DNA of 64,000 nucleotides from Bdellovibrionales bacterium (GCA_031426555.1 JANPLN010000030.1:87792-151791), one strand, 5' to 3'. Counted from the stretch's first letter, positions 39,935 through 49,649 are shown. Numbers and translations are program-made. The notes: generated by a model not told the origin, from the sequence alone.

Positions 39935-40924
39935 TTACATGGTACTGTGCTTATTATAGGTGTGAATGATTTTCCAGAAGGCGGCTAAACGCTGAACTTC
40001 CTCGGGGTTGTACTTAACAACCAGTTTGTCGTTTTCGACGGTTTTATCTTTAACAACGCCCTTCTTGAGAAGAGAATCCACGTTGTCGCCTTTAAACTCG
40101 ATATCGATATCGTCAAATGCGTTTTCCTCGGCGTCTTTAAGAGAGAGGGTAACGAGGCCATTTTTTACGGTGAGATCTTCGCCGTAATGAGCAAGAACTT
40201 GCAGAGCCGGAAGCTCCTTCTCTTCGATTTGTATCTGGTCACTCTGACTTGTAGAAATAAAACTATTGTACCAAGTGGTAAAGCCCGAAAGCAGATCAGA
40301 CTCCACCAAGGTCACCTTCTGCGCACCTTCTGTTTCGTCCATTTTAATGATTTCTAACTTTTGTAGCACCTTTACACAGCGGATGATTTTTGGCGTGGTT
40401 TGGTGAAAAACCTGGTTGCAATAAAAATGCAATTCTTTGTATGGGAACTCGTAGCCCTCGTCGGTTTCTTCGGCCTTGTGTTTGAGAAGATCAATGATCG
40501 CACACACTCGCAAGAGAATGTGCGGGCCCAATTTATCTTTTGTGTCAGAAGTTATGTTTTCGAGATTTTTAATTCGCGTGTTTGCATCGCGAAGTTGTCC
40601 CACCGACGTTTTCATTAAAACTTTAATCCACATGGGAAATAAATTGAATTGCTCTTGCAGGGAGGCAAAGGGAAGTTCGATCAATTCGCAGATGCCAAGG
40701 GCCTGGGCGCCGGCAGAGCGAGGTTTGCTATCAAAAAAAGCCATTTCGCCGATGAGCTCGCCGTTGATTTTTTCGGCAAGAACAATTTCATCGCCTTCTT
40801 TAAAAGTTTTTTTGGTAATAGCGATGCGGCCGGATTTTATAAGATACATTGAATCGCTCGGATCTCCCTCGCGAAACAGATAATCACCTTTTGCCAACTT
40901 GATCATTTTGTTTGCTGCTGCCAT
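39935..40924 (-). CDS. Cyclic-nucleotide-binding (Crp/Fnr-like) protein
   Basis: LFREGDPSDSMYLIKSGRI, GELIGEMAFFDSKPRSAGA; winged-helix-like C-terminal region. Confidence 0.88.
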   Translation of the reverse strand: MAAANKMIKLAKGDYLFREGDPSDSMYLIKSGRIAITKKTFKEGDEIVLAEKINGELIGEMAFFDSKPRSAGAQALGICELIELPFASLQEQFNLFPMWIKVLMKTSVGQLRDANTRIKNLENITSDTKDKLGPHILLRVCAIIDLLKHKAEETDEGYEFPYKELHFYCNQVFHQTTPKIIRCVKVLQKLEIIKMDETEGAQKVTLVESDLLSGFTTWYNSFISTSQSDQIQIEEKELPALQVLAHYGEDLTVKNGLVTLSLKDAEENAFDDIDIEFKGDNVDSLLKKGVVKDKTVENDKLVVKYNPEEVQRLAAFWKIIHTYNKHSTM

Positions 40925-41007
40925 AACCCCTATTATAGCTAGGCTGGGCAGGGAAACAAACTTTCTCTAAAGACAGGACCTCGCCCCAAGTCCAGGGTGG
41001 TACGACT

Positions 41008-41961
41008 TTATTCAATTTCTAAAACATGATTTTTTTTCGTAGTTATTTTTCGTTGCAAACTTTCTGGTAAGTTTTCAAGAATAGATTGGGAAAGAGCTGA
41101 AATTAAATCGGTTTTCCATTGCGTTTGATGATAAACCAGGCTGATCTCCCGCGTCGGCACGGGATGAGTGAAAGGGCGAACATATTTTCGCGTTTCATCA
41201 GCAGACAATGTGTTCACCATAGAGGCGGGAAGAATTGTGTAGCCCCCATTGTTTTTCACTAGCAAGCGAAGCGTGTCTAGGTTTCCGCTTTGAAAAAAAA
41301 CGTTTTTAAAGATTGGCGACTCTTTATCAAGAGAACAAAGTTTAACAATTTGATTGCGAAAACAATGCCCATCTTCCAAGAGCCAAAGATCACTTCCGTC
41401 AAGATCCTGTTCGTTAATTATTTTTTTACGATTGAGGGGATGTGTGGGATTGATGTAGGCCAAAAAATCTTCGTAATAGATAGATTTTTCCACCAACTGC
41501 CGTTCGTGCAGCGGGGTTGCCAAAAGTGCCACGTCGAGTTCGTTATTTTTAAGCAAACGAATGATGTTCTCAGTTTTGTGCTCCTCGATCTGCAGTTGAA
41601 TTTTTGGATATTTTTTTGCAAAATGACCAAGAAAATAAGGAGTGATATAGGGGCTGACTGTGGGAATGATTCCCAGGCTGAGAGGGCCCATAAGCGACGT
41701 TTGCGAACTCTTTGAAATGTCTAAAAGCTTGGTGTGCTCGCGAAGAACCGTTTTGGCCTGATCGATAAAACTCAAGCCGCGACTGGTGACCGCAATGGGT
41801 TTTTTGTTGCGATCGAAAATGGGAAAACCAATATCCTCTTCGACCTTATGAATTTGTGCGCTGAGGCTGGGCTGCGAGACGTTACAGGCTTCAGCGGCTT
41901 TGCCAAAGTGCTTTAAACGTTCGACCGTAACGATATAGTGAAGTTGTGTGATAGTTGCCAT
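41008..41961 (-). CDS. oxyR: LysR family H2O2 sensor OxyR
   Basis: HFGKAAEACNVSQPSLS HTH; LLEDGHCFRNQIVKLC with two redox Cys; divergent from ahpC. Confidence 0.93.
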   Translation of the reverse strand: MATITQLHYIVTVERLKHFGKAAEACNVSQPSLSAQIHKVEEDIGFPIFDRNKKPIAVTSRGLSFIDQAKTVLREHTKLLDISKSSQTSLMGPLSLGIIPTVSPYITPYFLGHFAKKYPKIQLQIEEHKTENIIRLLKNNELDVALLATPLHERQLVEKSIYYEDFLAYINPTHPLNRKKIINEQDLDGSDLWLLEDGHCFRNQIVKLCSLDKESPIFKNVFFQSGNLDTLRLLVKNNGGYTILPASMVNTLSADETRKYVRPFTHPVPTREISLVYHQTQWKTDLISALSQSILENLPESLQRKITTKKNHVLEIE

Positions 41962-41992
41962 TTGGCAAAAATAGCCTAAATAATCAAAAATT

Positions 41993-42009
41993 GATAGTTT
42001 TATTCTATC
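41993..42009. promoter_or_regulatory. OxyR-type operator (ATAG-N7-CTAT)
   Basis: GATAGTTTTATTCTATC between oxyR and ahpC; second ATAG at 41971. Confidence 0.75.
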
Positions 42010-42112
42010 GTCCCATCGCTACGTTGTCTTGGATTTTTGCCTCCATTCTGACGTAAAACAAGGATAGAAATAACGACAACTGGAATACGCCCCTAGGGCC
42101 AAAGGAGACAAT

Positions 42113-42649
42113 ATGTTAAGTGTAGGAAAAAAATTACCCCCATTTCAATTAAAAGCCGTGGTGTCGAATGACGCAAAGACGGCCTTTGTAGACATTAACC
42201 AAGATACCTACAAAGGAAAGTGGCTGGTTTTATTCTTTTATCCCAAGGATTTTACGTTTGTATGTCCCACTGAAATTAAAGGTTTTGGCGACCTCAACGG
42301 TCAGTTTCGCGATCGCGATGCGCAAGTGTTAACTGCAAGTATCGATTCTGAATTTGTGCATTTGGCGTGGAGACAAAACCACAAAGATTTAAATGCTCTG
42401 CCATTTCCTATGCTTTCGGATATTAAGCGGGAGCTCTCTTCAGCCTTGGGAATAATCGATGAAGCCGAAGGTGTCGCTCAACGAGCCACTTTTATCGTCG
42501 ACCCACAAGGCGTGATTCGTTTTGTGTATGTGACTGATCTGAGTGTGGGACGAAATCCAAAAGAGGTGCTACGAATTTTAGACGGTTTGCAAACCGACGA
42601 GCTCTGCCCATGCAACTGGGAAAAAGGTCAGGATACCATTAACGTTTAA
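42113..42649 (+). CDS. ahpC: Peroxiredoxin AhpC
   Basis: FYPKDFTFVCPTE, LCPCNW. Confidence 0.96.
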   Translation: MLSVGKKLPPFQLKAVVSNDAKTAFVDINQDTYKGKWLVLFFYPKDFTFVCPTEIKGFGDLNGQFRDRDAQVLTASIDSEFVHLAWRQNHKDLNALPFPMLSDIKRELSSALGIIDEAEGVAQRATFIVDPQGVIRFVYVTDLSVGRNPKEVLRILDGLQTDELCPCNWEKGQDTINV

Positions 42650-42665
42650 GACCGAGAGGAAAGTT

Positions 42666-43208
42666 ATGAATTTAGAAAATTTAAAAGCACAAATTAAGGA
42701 TTATGCAAAAGATGTTCGACTTAATCTGAATGGAGTTCTTTCGGAAGAAGGAGCTCCAGGGCTTTCGCAAAAGCAGATCACCGCGCTTGCGTTGTCGAGC
42801 GCCTATGCAACGAAAAATAAAGAGCTGATCACGTTTTTTGAAGGCGCCTGTGCAGAAATATTAGACGACGCGTATTTAAACGCGTGCCGTGGAGCGGCCA
42901 CCGTCATGGCGATGAACAATGTTTATTATCGCTTTTTACATTTTTTAGACGAGGGAGCTAGTGCAGAGGCTGAGTTTTCGAAAATGCCGGCCCGGTTACG
43001 CATGAATATCATTGGGAGACCAGGAATCGAAAAAATGGACTTCGAACTCCTTTCGTTGGCTGTTTCGGCCATCGAGGGCTGTGGCAAGTGCGTGACATCC
43101 CATGTTCATGAATTGAAAAAAGCGGGCGCAACAGCGGAGGCGATTCAATCTTCGATTCGAATTGCAGCGGTTGTGAACTCAGCGGCTCAAGCCCTAACCA
43201 TTGGTTAG
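42666..43208 (+). CDS. ahpD: Alkylhydroperoxidase AhpD (CMD family)
   Basis: YAKDVRLNL, MAMNNVYYRF, FELLSLAVSAIEGCGKCVTSH. Confidence 0.95.
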   Translation: MNLENLKAQIKDYAKDVRLNLNGVLSEEGAPGLSQKQITALALSSAYATKNKELITFFEGACAEILDDAYLNACRGAATVMAMNNVYYRFLHFLDEGASAEAEFSKMPARLRMNIIGRPGIEKMDFELLSLAVSAIEGCGKCVTSHVHELKKAGATAEAIQSSIRIAAVVNSAAQALTIG

Positions 43209-43226
43209 GACTTGAACTGCGGAGAT

Positions 43227-44261
43227 TTAGGCTTTGCTACGAAGACTGTGGAAAAAGGCGGCGCCGATAATCACCAGGCCCGCGCCGCCAGTGATGACTT
43301 CTGAGACGTGCATGTGAATGCCAACGAACATCATCACCGCAAGCAAACCGATAGCCCAAAAAGCACCATGCTCGAGATATTTATAAGCTTGGAGCGTTCC
43401 TTGTTTGACCATGAGGACAATAAAGCTTCGCATAAACAAAGCGCCGGTTCCGAGGCCTATGGCAATGAGAAATAAATTGGTTGTAATGGCAAAGGCGGCA
43501 ATAACCCCGTCAAAGCTAAATGAAGCGTCGAGAACTTCGACGTATAAAAACAAGCCCAAACTTTGACGCTCGAGATTGACCTGGCTTCCATCGGGGACAC
43601 TTAAAAGATCACCGATCAATTTTACACCTAAAAAAGTGAGCACACCGGCGACACCAGCTTTGAATACAGGAAACCCCTCGTCCGCGGGAAGTGTGCCTGA
43701 GAACCACCATAAAAATAACAACATCAGCCCCACTTCTGTGGACTTCAAAGAACCGAGGCGGCTTAAAAATTTTTCGATGGGCCCAACCCAGTGTGTGTCT
43801 TTTTCGTGATCGATAAAATAACTCAGACTCACCAGCGCGAGAAATGTTCCACCAAAGGCAGCGACTTCGTGGTGAATGGACTGCATGACTGCCGCATACT
43901 GTTTTTGCTCGAAGATGGCCAGCTTAATGGCCTCCCAGGGTGTGACAGCGGCGGCGATGGACACGATTAAAATAGGAAAAACAAGCCGCATGCCAAACAC
44001 GGCAATAAAAATACCCCAAGTGAGGAAGCGTTTTTGCCAGAGAGGAGTCATTTGCTTTACGATGGAGGCATCGATCACAGCGTTATCAAAGGAAATGGTG
44101 ATCTCGAGGATCGCAAGAACTCCGGCAATGAGCATGAATTGCAGGGCGGTGGAATAACTGTGGCCTTCGATATATCCTAGGTAACCGGCGAGTAAGAGGC
44201 CCAAAAAACTCAAGATGAAAGTGAAGCCAAAGGCCTGCATAAAAGTGGTTTTAGTGTTCAT
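43227..44261 (-). CDS. DUF475 / TerC-like membrane protein
   Basis: LEITISFDNA, FLTWGIFIAVFGMRLVFP, EVLDASFSFDGVIAAFA, YLEHGA. Confidence 0.9.
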   Translation of the reverse strand: MNTKTTFMQAFGFTFILSFLGLLLAGYLGYIEGHSYSTALQFMLIAGVLAILEITISFDNAVIDASIVKQMTPLWQKRFLTWGIFIAVFGMRLVFPILIVSIAAAVTPWEAIKLAIFEQKQYAAVMQSIHHEVAAFGGTFLALVSLSYFIDHEKDTHWVGPIEKFLSRLGSLKSTEVGLMLLFLWWFSGTLPADEGFPVFKAGVAGVLTFLGVKLIGDLLSVPDGSQVNLERQSLGLFLYVEVLDASFSFDGVIAAFAITTNLFLIAIGLGTGALFMRSFIVLMVKQGTLQAYKYLEHGAFWAIGLLAVMMFVGIHMHVSEVITGGAGLVIIGAAFFHSLRSKA

Positions 44262-45477
44262 ACGATATTACGCTTCCATTTTTAAGGGTGAAAGAATCAA
44301 GGATCTGTCCTTTTTTATTGATAGCTTGAAAACTCAGTTTTTTTGGCGACGCCAAAACACGCCATAAATGCTTTTCGACTTTGGCCGTCTGCAAGTACCA
44401 ACGATCAGGATCTGCCGGGCGGGGAGCCACAGCCCATGCGCCGTCGCCCACATACAAAGTGCCGTTGTTGGAAACGATTTTTTCGTTTTTTAACATTTTG
44501 CTGCGTTTGAGAGCATGGTCATGATTTTCGAAAGCCACATCGAGTTGATATTCGTCGAACAGCGGAAGCCACGCCTTGCGCCCCTTTACCGATTTTTTTT
44601 CGTCATAGGGTCGAAACGACGGATAAAGCGGAACATGGTAGAGCGCGAGGAGATTGGGAATTTTTGCGTCCCGTTTGAGCTCTGTTTTGAGCCATTTTTC
44701 CTGCTGTTTGTCGTGGTCTGCAACATGACCTGTATCCAGAGTGAAAAGCGAAGTGTGTTTTCCAAAATGCCGCGTGAAATAGGTGAGTTGCTCGTTTTGT
44801 TCAAAAAATAAAAAATAAAACGGCGCTTTTTCTTTTAGATTTGAGCTCTTTGTTCTATTTGTTTCGTGATTGCCAATGGCCACAACCAGAGGGAGGAGCC
44901 GTCCGTCTGGCGAAATCATCGCCGTGTTCAGCAAATCCCATAACTGCAACCAAAGTTCGTAGCGCTTTGGGTTTCCATCTTCGTAGGCTAAGTCGCCCCC
45001 TAAAAACAAGGCCATGGTATTTTTAGTCACGGCCTGCTTGGTCACGCTGACCACATCTTCGTGGGGGCTTAAATCGCCACCACTGACAATTTCGATAGGC
45101 GTGTCGTCGTTGGGAAGGGTTGTAAATTTATAGGCGGTTTTCACCGGCTTTCCGTCGAGGAATACCTGGAAGTTGTACTGCTTTTTGGGAGCTAAGCTTT
45201 TAAAATCAAATGTGTATAAATGAAATGGAGTGTCTTTGAGCTCTTTATGGCGAGAATTTTTCTCACTGAGCTCATCGAAAATGATCTCGACAGAGGCCGC
45301 TTTTTGTAGCGTGAGGACATTGATCGTTATTTGCGAAGACGTGTCGGGAGACCCCCATGTTAAGTACACCGCTTTGAACTCGGTGATTATGGGCGCGGCG
45401 GGCGCCGCGGGCGGAGCTGCGACGCAAGAAATTGTGAGCCAAAAAGGAAGTAGAAAATAAACGGGCATAGATGCCAA
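44251..45477 (-). CDS. Purple acid phosphatase-like metallophosphoesterase (FN3-like plus calcineurin-like), probable lipoprotein
   Basis: LTISC lipobox; GGDL, GDLAY, GNHE, YHVP, ENHDH. Confidence 0.9.
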   Translation of the reverse strand: MASMPVYFLLPFWLTISCVAAPPAAPAAPIITEFKAVYLTWGSPDTSSQITINVLTLQKAASVEIIFDELSEKNSRHKELKDTPFHLYTFDFKSLAPKKQYNFQVFLDGKPVKTAYKFTTLPNDDTPIEIVSGGDLSPHEDVVSVTKQAVTKNTMALFLGGDLAYEDGNPKRYELWLQLWDLLNTAMISPDGRLLPLVVAIGNHETNRTKSSNLKEKAPFYFLFFEQNEQLTYFTRHFGKHTSLFTLDTGHVADHDKQQEKWLKTELKRDAKIPNLLALYHVPLYPSFRPYDEKKSVKGRKAWLPLFDEYQLDVAFENHDHALKRSKMLKNEKIVSNNGTLYVGDGAWAVAPRPADPDRWYLQTAKVEKHLWRVLASPKKLSFQAINKKGQILDSFTLKNGSVISYEH

Positions 45478-45824
45478 AACTATATAAGGTTTGGCGACCT
45501 ATTTCAAAACAAAAGTGTAGTTGCTAATTCGTTTAAGGGCAGTTTGTATTTTTGACACAGGCACGCAAGATCGTCGTTTTGTCTCAATGTAAAACACATT
45601 TTAGATGATTTTAATTAATTGTTGATCTTGGAAAAACAGTTCGAGTTTTGCTTTTAACGAAGAACTTTTCGACGAAAAAAAGTTTACTAAAAATCGAAGA
45701 ACTTTCGGGCATTCAATATGGATCTGTTTTCGCACTTTTCTAAAACGTTTTGTGATTTTGTTGCGAACTGCATGGAGATTTTATTTTTTTTCTTCCATAC
45801 TGGGTGAAAGAAAGAGGTGTGTGT

Positions 45825-47924
45825 ATGGATGCACTCAATATTAAAAAGAAGTTTTTAGGACTATGTCTGTTTGCGGTTTCCGCCTGTTCCAATAGTGGTT
45901 CTGAAATCGATGCGGCGGCAAAGAAAGAGTTGCTATCAAACACTGTCATTTTAGCAAGCGTCAAACAACAGTGCTTGCCGGCAGCTATTGTCGATGAAGA
46001 AGACATTCCTCTTATCAGCCGTCAGGGCTACACGTTATCACCGAACAATGAATACTGCTTACCACCCATAGATACAGATGACGGCGATGATACTGTGTCG
46101 AATTGTATTCGTGAAATTTTTATCGATGATGCCGACCTTGCTTACTTGGCATCGCTGGGTTACGTGCCAGGCGCTAACGGTGACTATTGTTTAGTGATCG
46201 GTGGCGGAACATCGGGAGGCTCTACAACGGGCAGTGATACTGGTGGTAGTACATCTTCTGGTTCTACAACTGGCAGTGACACGGGTGGCAGCACATCTTC
46301 TGGTGGCTCCACAACTGGTAGCGATACTGGCGGCAGCACAAGTGGTGGCTCAACTTCTGGCGGCTCCACAACTGGTAGCGACACGGGTGGCAGTACTTCG
46401 GCTGGTTCAACTTCTGGTAGCGATACTGGCGGCAGCACAAGCAGTGGTTCAATCTCTGGCGGCTCCACAACGGGTAGTGACACTGGTGGAAGTACATCGG
46501 CTGGCACAACCTCTGGCGGATCTTCAACGGGTGGTTCTACGACTGGTGGTTCTACGACGGGCGGAGAATGCGTTAAAGGTAATAACGGCCACGGTAATGA
46601 TCGCGATGGAAACGACTCTTCGAATCCTGGTCGCTCAAATAACGGCGATGGCACGGATGACGATGGTCGCCCAGGCCACGGACAATGCCCGCCTGTTGAC
46701 GACTGCGAAATGAATTTAATTCCTGGCTTAAACTCAGAAGTTAACTTTGCCAAATGTAACCCATGGAATGTACCGGTGGACAGAGTGTGTTCACGCATTC
46801 GCACCAGCAGTGGTCGCTTTAAACTTAAAGATCGTCTCGAGCTGGTGTTAAGAGTGGTCAAGCGTGTAGAGAGTGTTCAAGAGGTTGAAGTTTGCAAGAC
46901 CGAAAAAACCAATTGGTGGGATTCGGACGACGATGATGATTCACGCAAGAACAAAGACAGCAGCAAACATAGCGATAAAAAAACCGTATGCAAAAAAGAG
47001 AAGAAAAAAGTTGTGGCTATGTTGCCAGTCTGTGAATCACGTAATACGGCGCAAATTAAAAATGACGTAATCGAGAAAAAACGCTTGGACCTTTCAACTT
47101 GCGATATTTCTGGTCATAAAAAGTCAGACCTCTACGTAACATTGTTCTCTCCAGTGCAGGGCGAAGACTTACCAGTAAGCAACAGTGAATATGATAACGT
47201 TCGTTTCTTTGCGAAGGACTCTGATAAACGCGGAAAGGATGAGATCAGCTTTATCATGTACGGCTCGCGCGACGTTCGATATGCAAAACTTTCGGAAAAA
47301 ATTCAGGTAATCACAGACGATAACCCTGATTTTAATTCCAAAGTGGATAAAAAGAAGTGCGACATGAAAGCATCTCCTCTTATCGTGCATGTGAATCCAA
47401 ATCACGATCAAGCACGCTACGTGGAACTGTCGTCTATCGACGATGGTATTCAATTCAACATTCTTGGTTTCAATGCAGAGCCGCGAAAGAATGCGCGTCA
47501 CCAGATCAGTTGGCTAAATACGGAACAGTATATGTTCCTTGTTAAACCAAATAAAAAAGGTCGTGTGGAAGGCGTTGATGAAATGTTTGGAGACAATACG
47601 CGCGGACCAGACAAGGACTTCTCAGCTAACGGATTCTTGGCACTTGCCAAGTTCGATAGCAATGAAGATGGGTTAATTAACAGCAAAGACGCGGTGTTCA
47701 AGTCTCTGCGCCTGTGGAAGGATAAAAACTTTGATGGGATCGGCACAGCGAACGAACTTGTATCGCTCGAGCAAATGCAAGTGAAGAATATCGATCTCAA
47801 TTACGACCCAGGTTTTTACGAGCGAGACGCTCATGGTAACGAGACCGTTTATAAGTCGGTCATTCAATATCAAGACGGCTCGTTAGATCTGATCTTCGAT
47901 CTCTGGTTCAATTACAAGAAGTAG
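45825..47924 (+). CDS. Surface lipoprotein with G/S/T repeat linker, NNGHGND motif and C-terminal FrpC self-processing-module-like Ca-binding domain
   Basis: Lipobox AVSAC; SPLIV...EMFGDNT...NGFLALAKFDSNEDGLINSKDAVFKSLRLWKDKNFDG...ELVSL. Confidence 0.8.
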   Translation: MDALNIKKKFLGLCLFAVSACSNSGSEIDAAAKKELLSNTVILASVKQQCLPAAIVDEEDIPLISRQGYTLSPNNEYCLPPIDTDDGDDTVSNCIREIFIDDADLAYLASLGYVPGANGDYCLVIGGGTSGGSTTGSDTGGSTSSGSTTGSDTGGSTSSGGSTTGSDTGGSTSGGSTSGGSTTGSDTGGSTSAGSTSGSDTGGSTSSGSISGGSTTGSDTGGSTSAGTTSGGSSTGGSTTGGSTTGGECVKGNNGHGNDRDGNDSSNPGRSNNGDGTDDDGRPGHGQCPPVDDCEMNLIPGLNSEVNFAKCNPWNVPVDRVCSRIRTSSGRFKLKDRLELVLRVVKRVESVQEVEVCKTEKTNWWDSDDDDDSRKNKDSSKHSDKKTVCKKEKKKVVAMLPVCESRNTAQIKNDVIEKKRLDLSTCDISGHKKSDLYVTLFSPVQGEDLPVSNSEYDNVRFFAKDSDKRGKDEISFIMYGSRDVRYAKLSEKIQVITDDNPDFNSKVDKKKCDMKASPLIVHVNPNHDQARYVELSSIDDGIQFNILGFNAEPRKNARHQISWLNTEQYMFLVKPNKKGRVEGVDEMFGDNTRGPDKDFSANGFLALAKFDSNEDGLINSKDAVFKSLRLWKDKNFDGIGTANELVSLEQMQVKNIDLNYDPGFYERDAHGNETVYKSVIQYQDGSLDLIFDLWFNYKK
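46199..46566 (+). repeat. Degenerate coding tandem repeat (GGSTTGSDTGGSTS-like units)
   Basis: Six GSDTGGSTS units plus GGSTT units, synonymously diverged at DNA level. Confidence 0.9.
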
Positions 47925-47952
47925 TATTATTCAGTTTTTTACAGGGATTCTC

Positions 47953-47986
47953 ACGGCTGACTTTAAAAAAGTCAGCCGTTTTTTTT
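47953..47986 (+). terminator. Rho-independent terminator
   Basis: ACGGCTGACTT/AAGTCAGCCGT stem followed by a T run. Confidence 0.85.
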
Positions 47987-48072
47987 ACAAAAAACCCAGA
48001 GTGTTTCAGACTGAGAAGAAAATCTAGTCTCCACAGTTTTAAAATTGCCGCCGATGTGACTAAGAGGTGTTT

Positions 48073-48837
48073 ATGATTCTAAGTCGATCACAGTTGAGTT
48101 GGTTTTTGGCAATTATCTTAATCACACTGTCTGGATGCGGAAACTCCCTGGATTCCGCTATAGATTTAAACGAAAGAATGGTTCCCGTGGATTCGGGCTC
48201 AGCCACCCTTGATAGTGAAGAGCCTGAGATTGAAACACCTAATGAGGAAGAACAAGCTGGAGCCGTTGTGCCTGAAACTCCTTCTCAAGGCCCTTTAGTG
48301 AATTTGCGTGAACAAATTTTGGCGAATTCTTCGGTTCCACAAAAAGCCTTGGACTCTGCGTTTGCTTATTACAACAAAAATCAAAGCGTGATTCGCAACA
48401 AAAAGTATATCAGCATATTTGATATTGGTCAGCACTCTGGGCAACGTCGTTTGTATCTTATTAATGTTGAGACGGGCGCGGTACAATCGATGCACGTGGC
48501 CCACGGAAGCGGCTCGGACTCCAATCATGATGGCGTGGCCACCACGTTTTCAAATACTAGTGGCTCTCACATGTCATCGCTGGGCTTTATGCTTACTGCC
48601 GAAACTTACACCGGGAAGCATGGAGAATCTATGAAATTGGATGGGCTTGAGTCGCGAAATAGCAACGTGCGGGCGCGAGCCATCGTTGTGCACAGCGCCT
48701 CCTACGTAGATCCGAGTCTGAGCAAAATGGGCCGCAGCCAAGGTTGCCCGGCGGTCTCTTTGGCCAACATCAAAGATTTTATGGCCAAAACGAAAAACGG
48801 CTCCCTCTACTACATCTACCACGCCGCCCATGACTAA
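48073..48837 (+). CDS. Murein L,D-transpeptidase catalytic-domain family (YkuD_2) lipoprotein
   Basis: LSGC lipobox; VAHGSGS, FSN..GSHMSSLGF, RAIVVHSASYV, GRSQGCPAV. Confidence 0.9.
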   Translation: MILSRSQLSWFLAIILITLSGCGNSLDSAIDLNERMVPVDSGSATLDSEEPEIETPNEEEQAGAVVPETPSQGPLVNLREQILANSSVPQKALDSAFAYYNKNQSVIRNKKYISIFDIGQHSGQRRLYLINVETGAVQSMHVAHGSGSDSNHDGVATTFSNTSGSHMSSLGFMLTAETYTGKHGESMKLDGLESRNSNVRARAIVVHSASYVDPSLSKMGRSQGCPAVSLANIKDFMAKTKNGSLYYIYHAAHD

Positions 48838-48939
48838 AAATATTCAAACACAAATATTTTTCCAAAAAAAATATTCAATATAAAGGTCGCGTTATGAGCG
48901 CGGCAGTATTTGCCGATAGGCCTCTATCTGGAGGTTTAT

Positions 48940-49611
48940 ATGCTCTACGGACTTCTCTTCTTCTTGGTTTTAGCTGGCTGTCAGCAAGCCTCACAAGCTC
49001 CCTCGACGGTAGAAAACCCCTTAGCCATCGATGCCGCAGCCGAAGACGATCATGAGCTGATCGATGAGCTACTTTTTGAAAAAGCCAGTTGTGTGCGGGC
49101 CACGAGTGCACAAATTGCCACCGTCAATTCGGGAAGCGCAAAAAAGACAAGCTTCCTCAACGAGTGCGGTCGAGCTACTGCGGGTTCACCATGGTGTCAG
49201 CAGTTGGTTCGCCCCAATCCAAACAGTATTTCTACTTTTTATTGCACCTATGGTTCCCTACAAAAACATTTACTCATTCATCCCGACGAAAACACCTGGA
49301 AGTATGCGTATCAAGCGGTGAATTTACTGGAACGTCTCGAAGCCAATGGGGTTCGTATCAGCCAAATTTACAATTGGTGGAGACCCGAGCCCTACAACAA
49401 AAACGTGGGTGGTGCTGCGGGTCGACATCCCTACGGGACTTCGGTGGATGTTCGTTTCGCTTCAAAATCCCACCAATCGAAAGCCCATTCACTTCTTTGT
49501 AAATGGCGCAAACAGGGTGAGCTTAGAGCTTTGGGCTACTATTCATCGACTTCTTTGCATTTTGGAATCGGTGATTTCACGGCCAATACGTGGGGCAAAA
49601 GCTGCCCCTAG
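48940..49611 (+). CDS. Peptidase M15-like (Zn D-Ala-D-Ala peptidase fold) lipoprotein
   Basis: GGAGG RBS; LAGC lipobox; WRPEPYNKNVGGA..RHPYGTSVD...LHFG (H, D, H ligands). Confidence 0.8.
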   Translation: MLYGLLFFLVLAGCQQASQAPSTVENPLAIDAAAEDDHELIDELLFEKASCVRATSAQIATVNSGSAKKTSFLNECGRATAGSPWCQQLVRPNPNSISTFYCTYGSLQKHLLIHPDENTWKYAYQAVNLLERLEANGVRISQIYNWWRPEPYNKNVGGAAGRHPYGTSVDVRFASKSHQSKAHSLLCKWRKQGELRALGYYSSTSLHFGIGDFTANTWGKSCP

Positions 49612-49649
49612 CATTGACGAGTCGCATTTTTCAGCGATAAAAACCTGGG

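Noticed and set aside
41008..43208. oxyR-ahpC-ahpD as a novel system
   Set aside because: Well-known peroxide defence arrangement
46199..46566. Repeat array as CRISPR or a non-coding array
   Set aside because: In-frame coding repeats with synonymous variation, no unique spacers, no cas genes
46184..46861. 225-aa PPVVEPP repeat ORF and other alternate-frame ORFs
   Set aside because: Antisense or frame shadows of the G/S/T repeat in the lipoprotein
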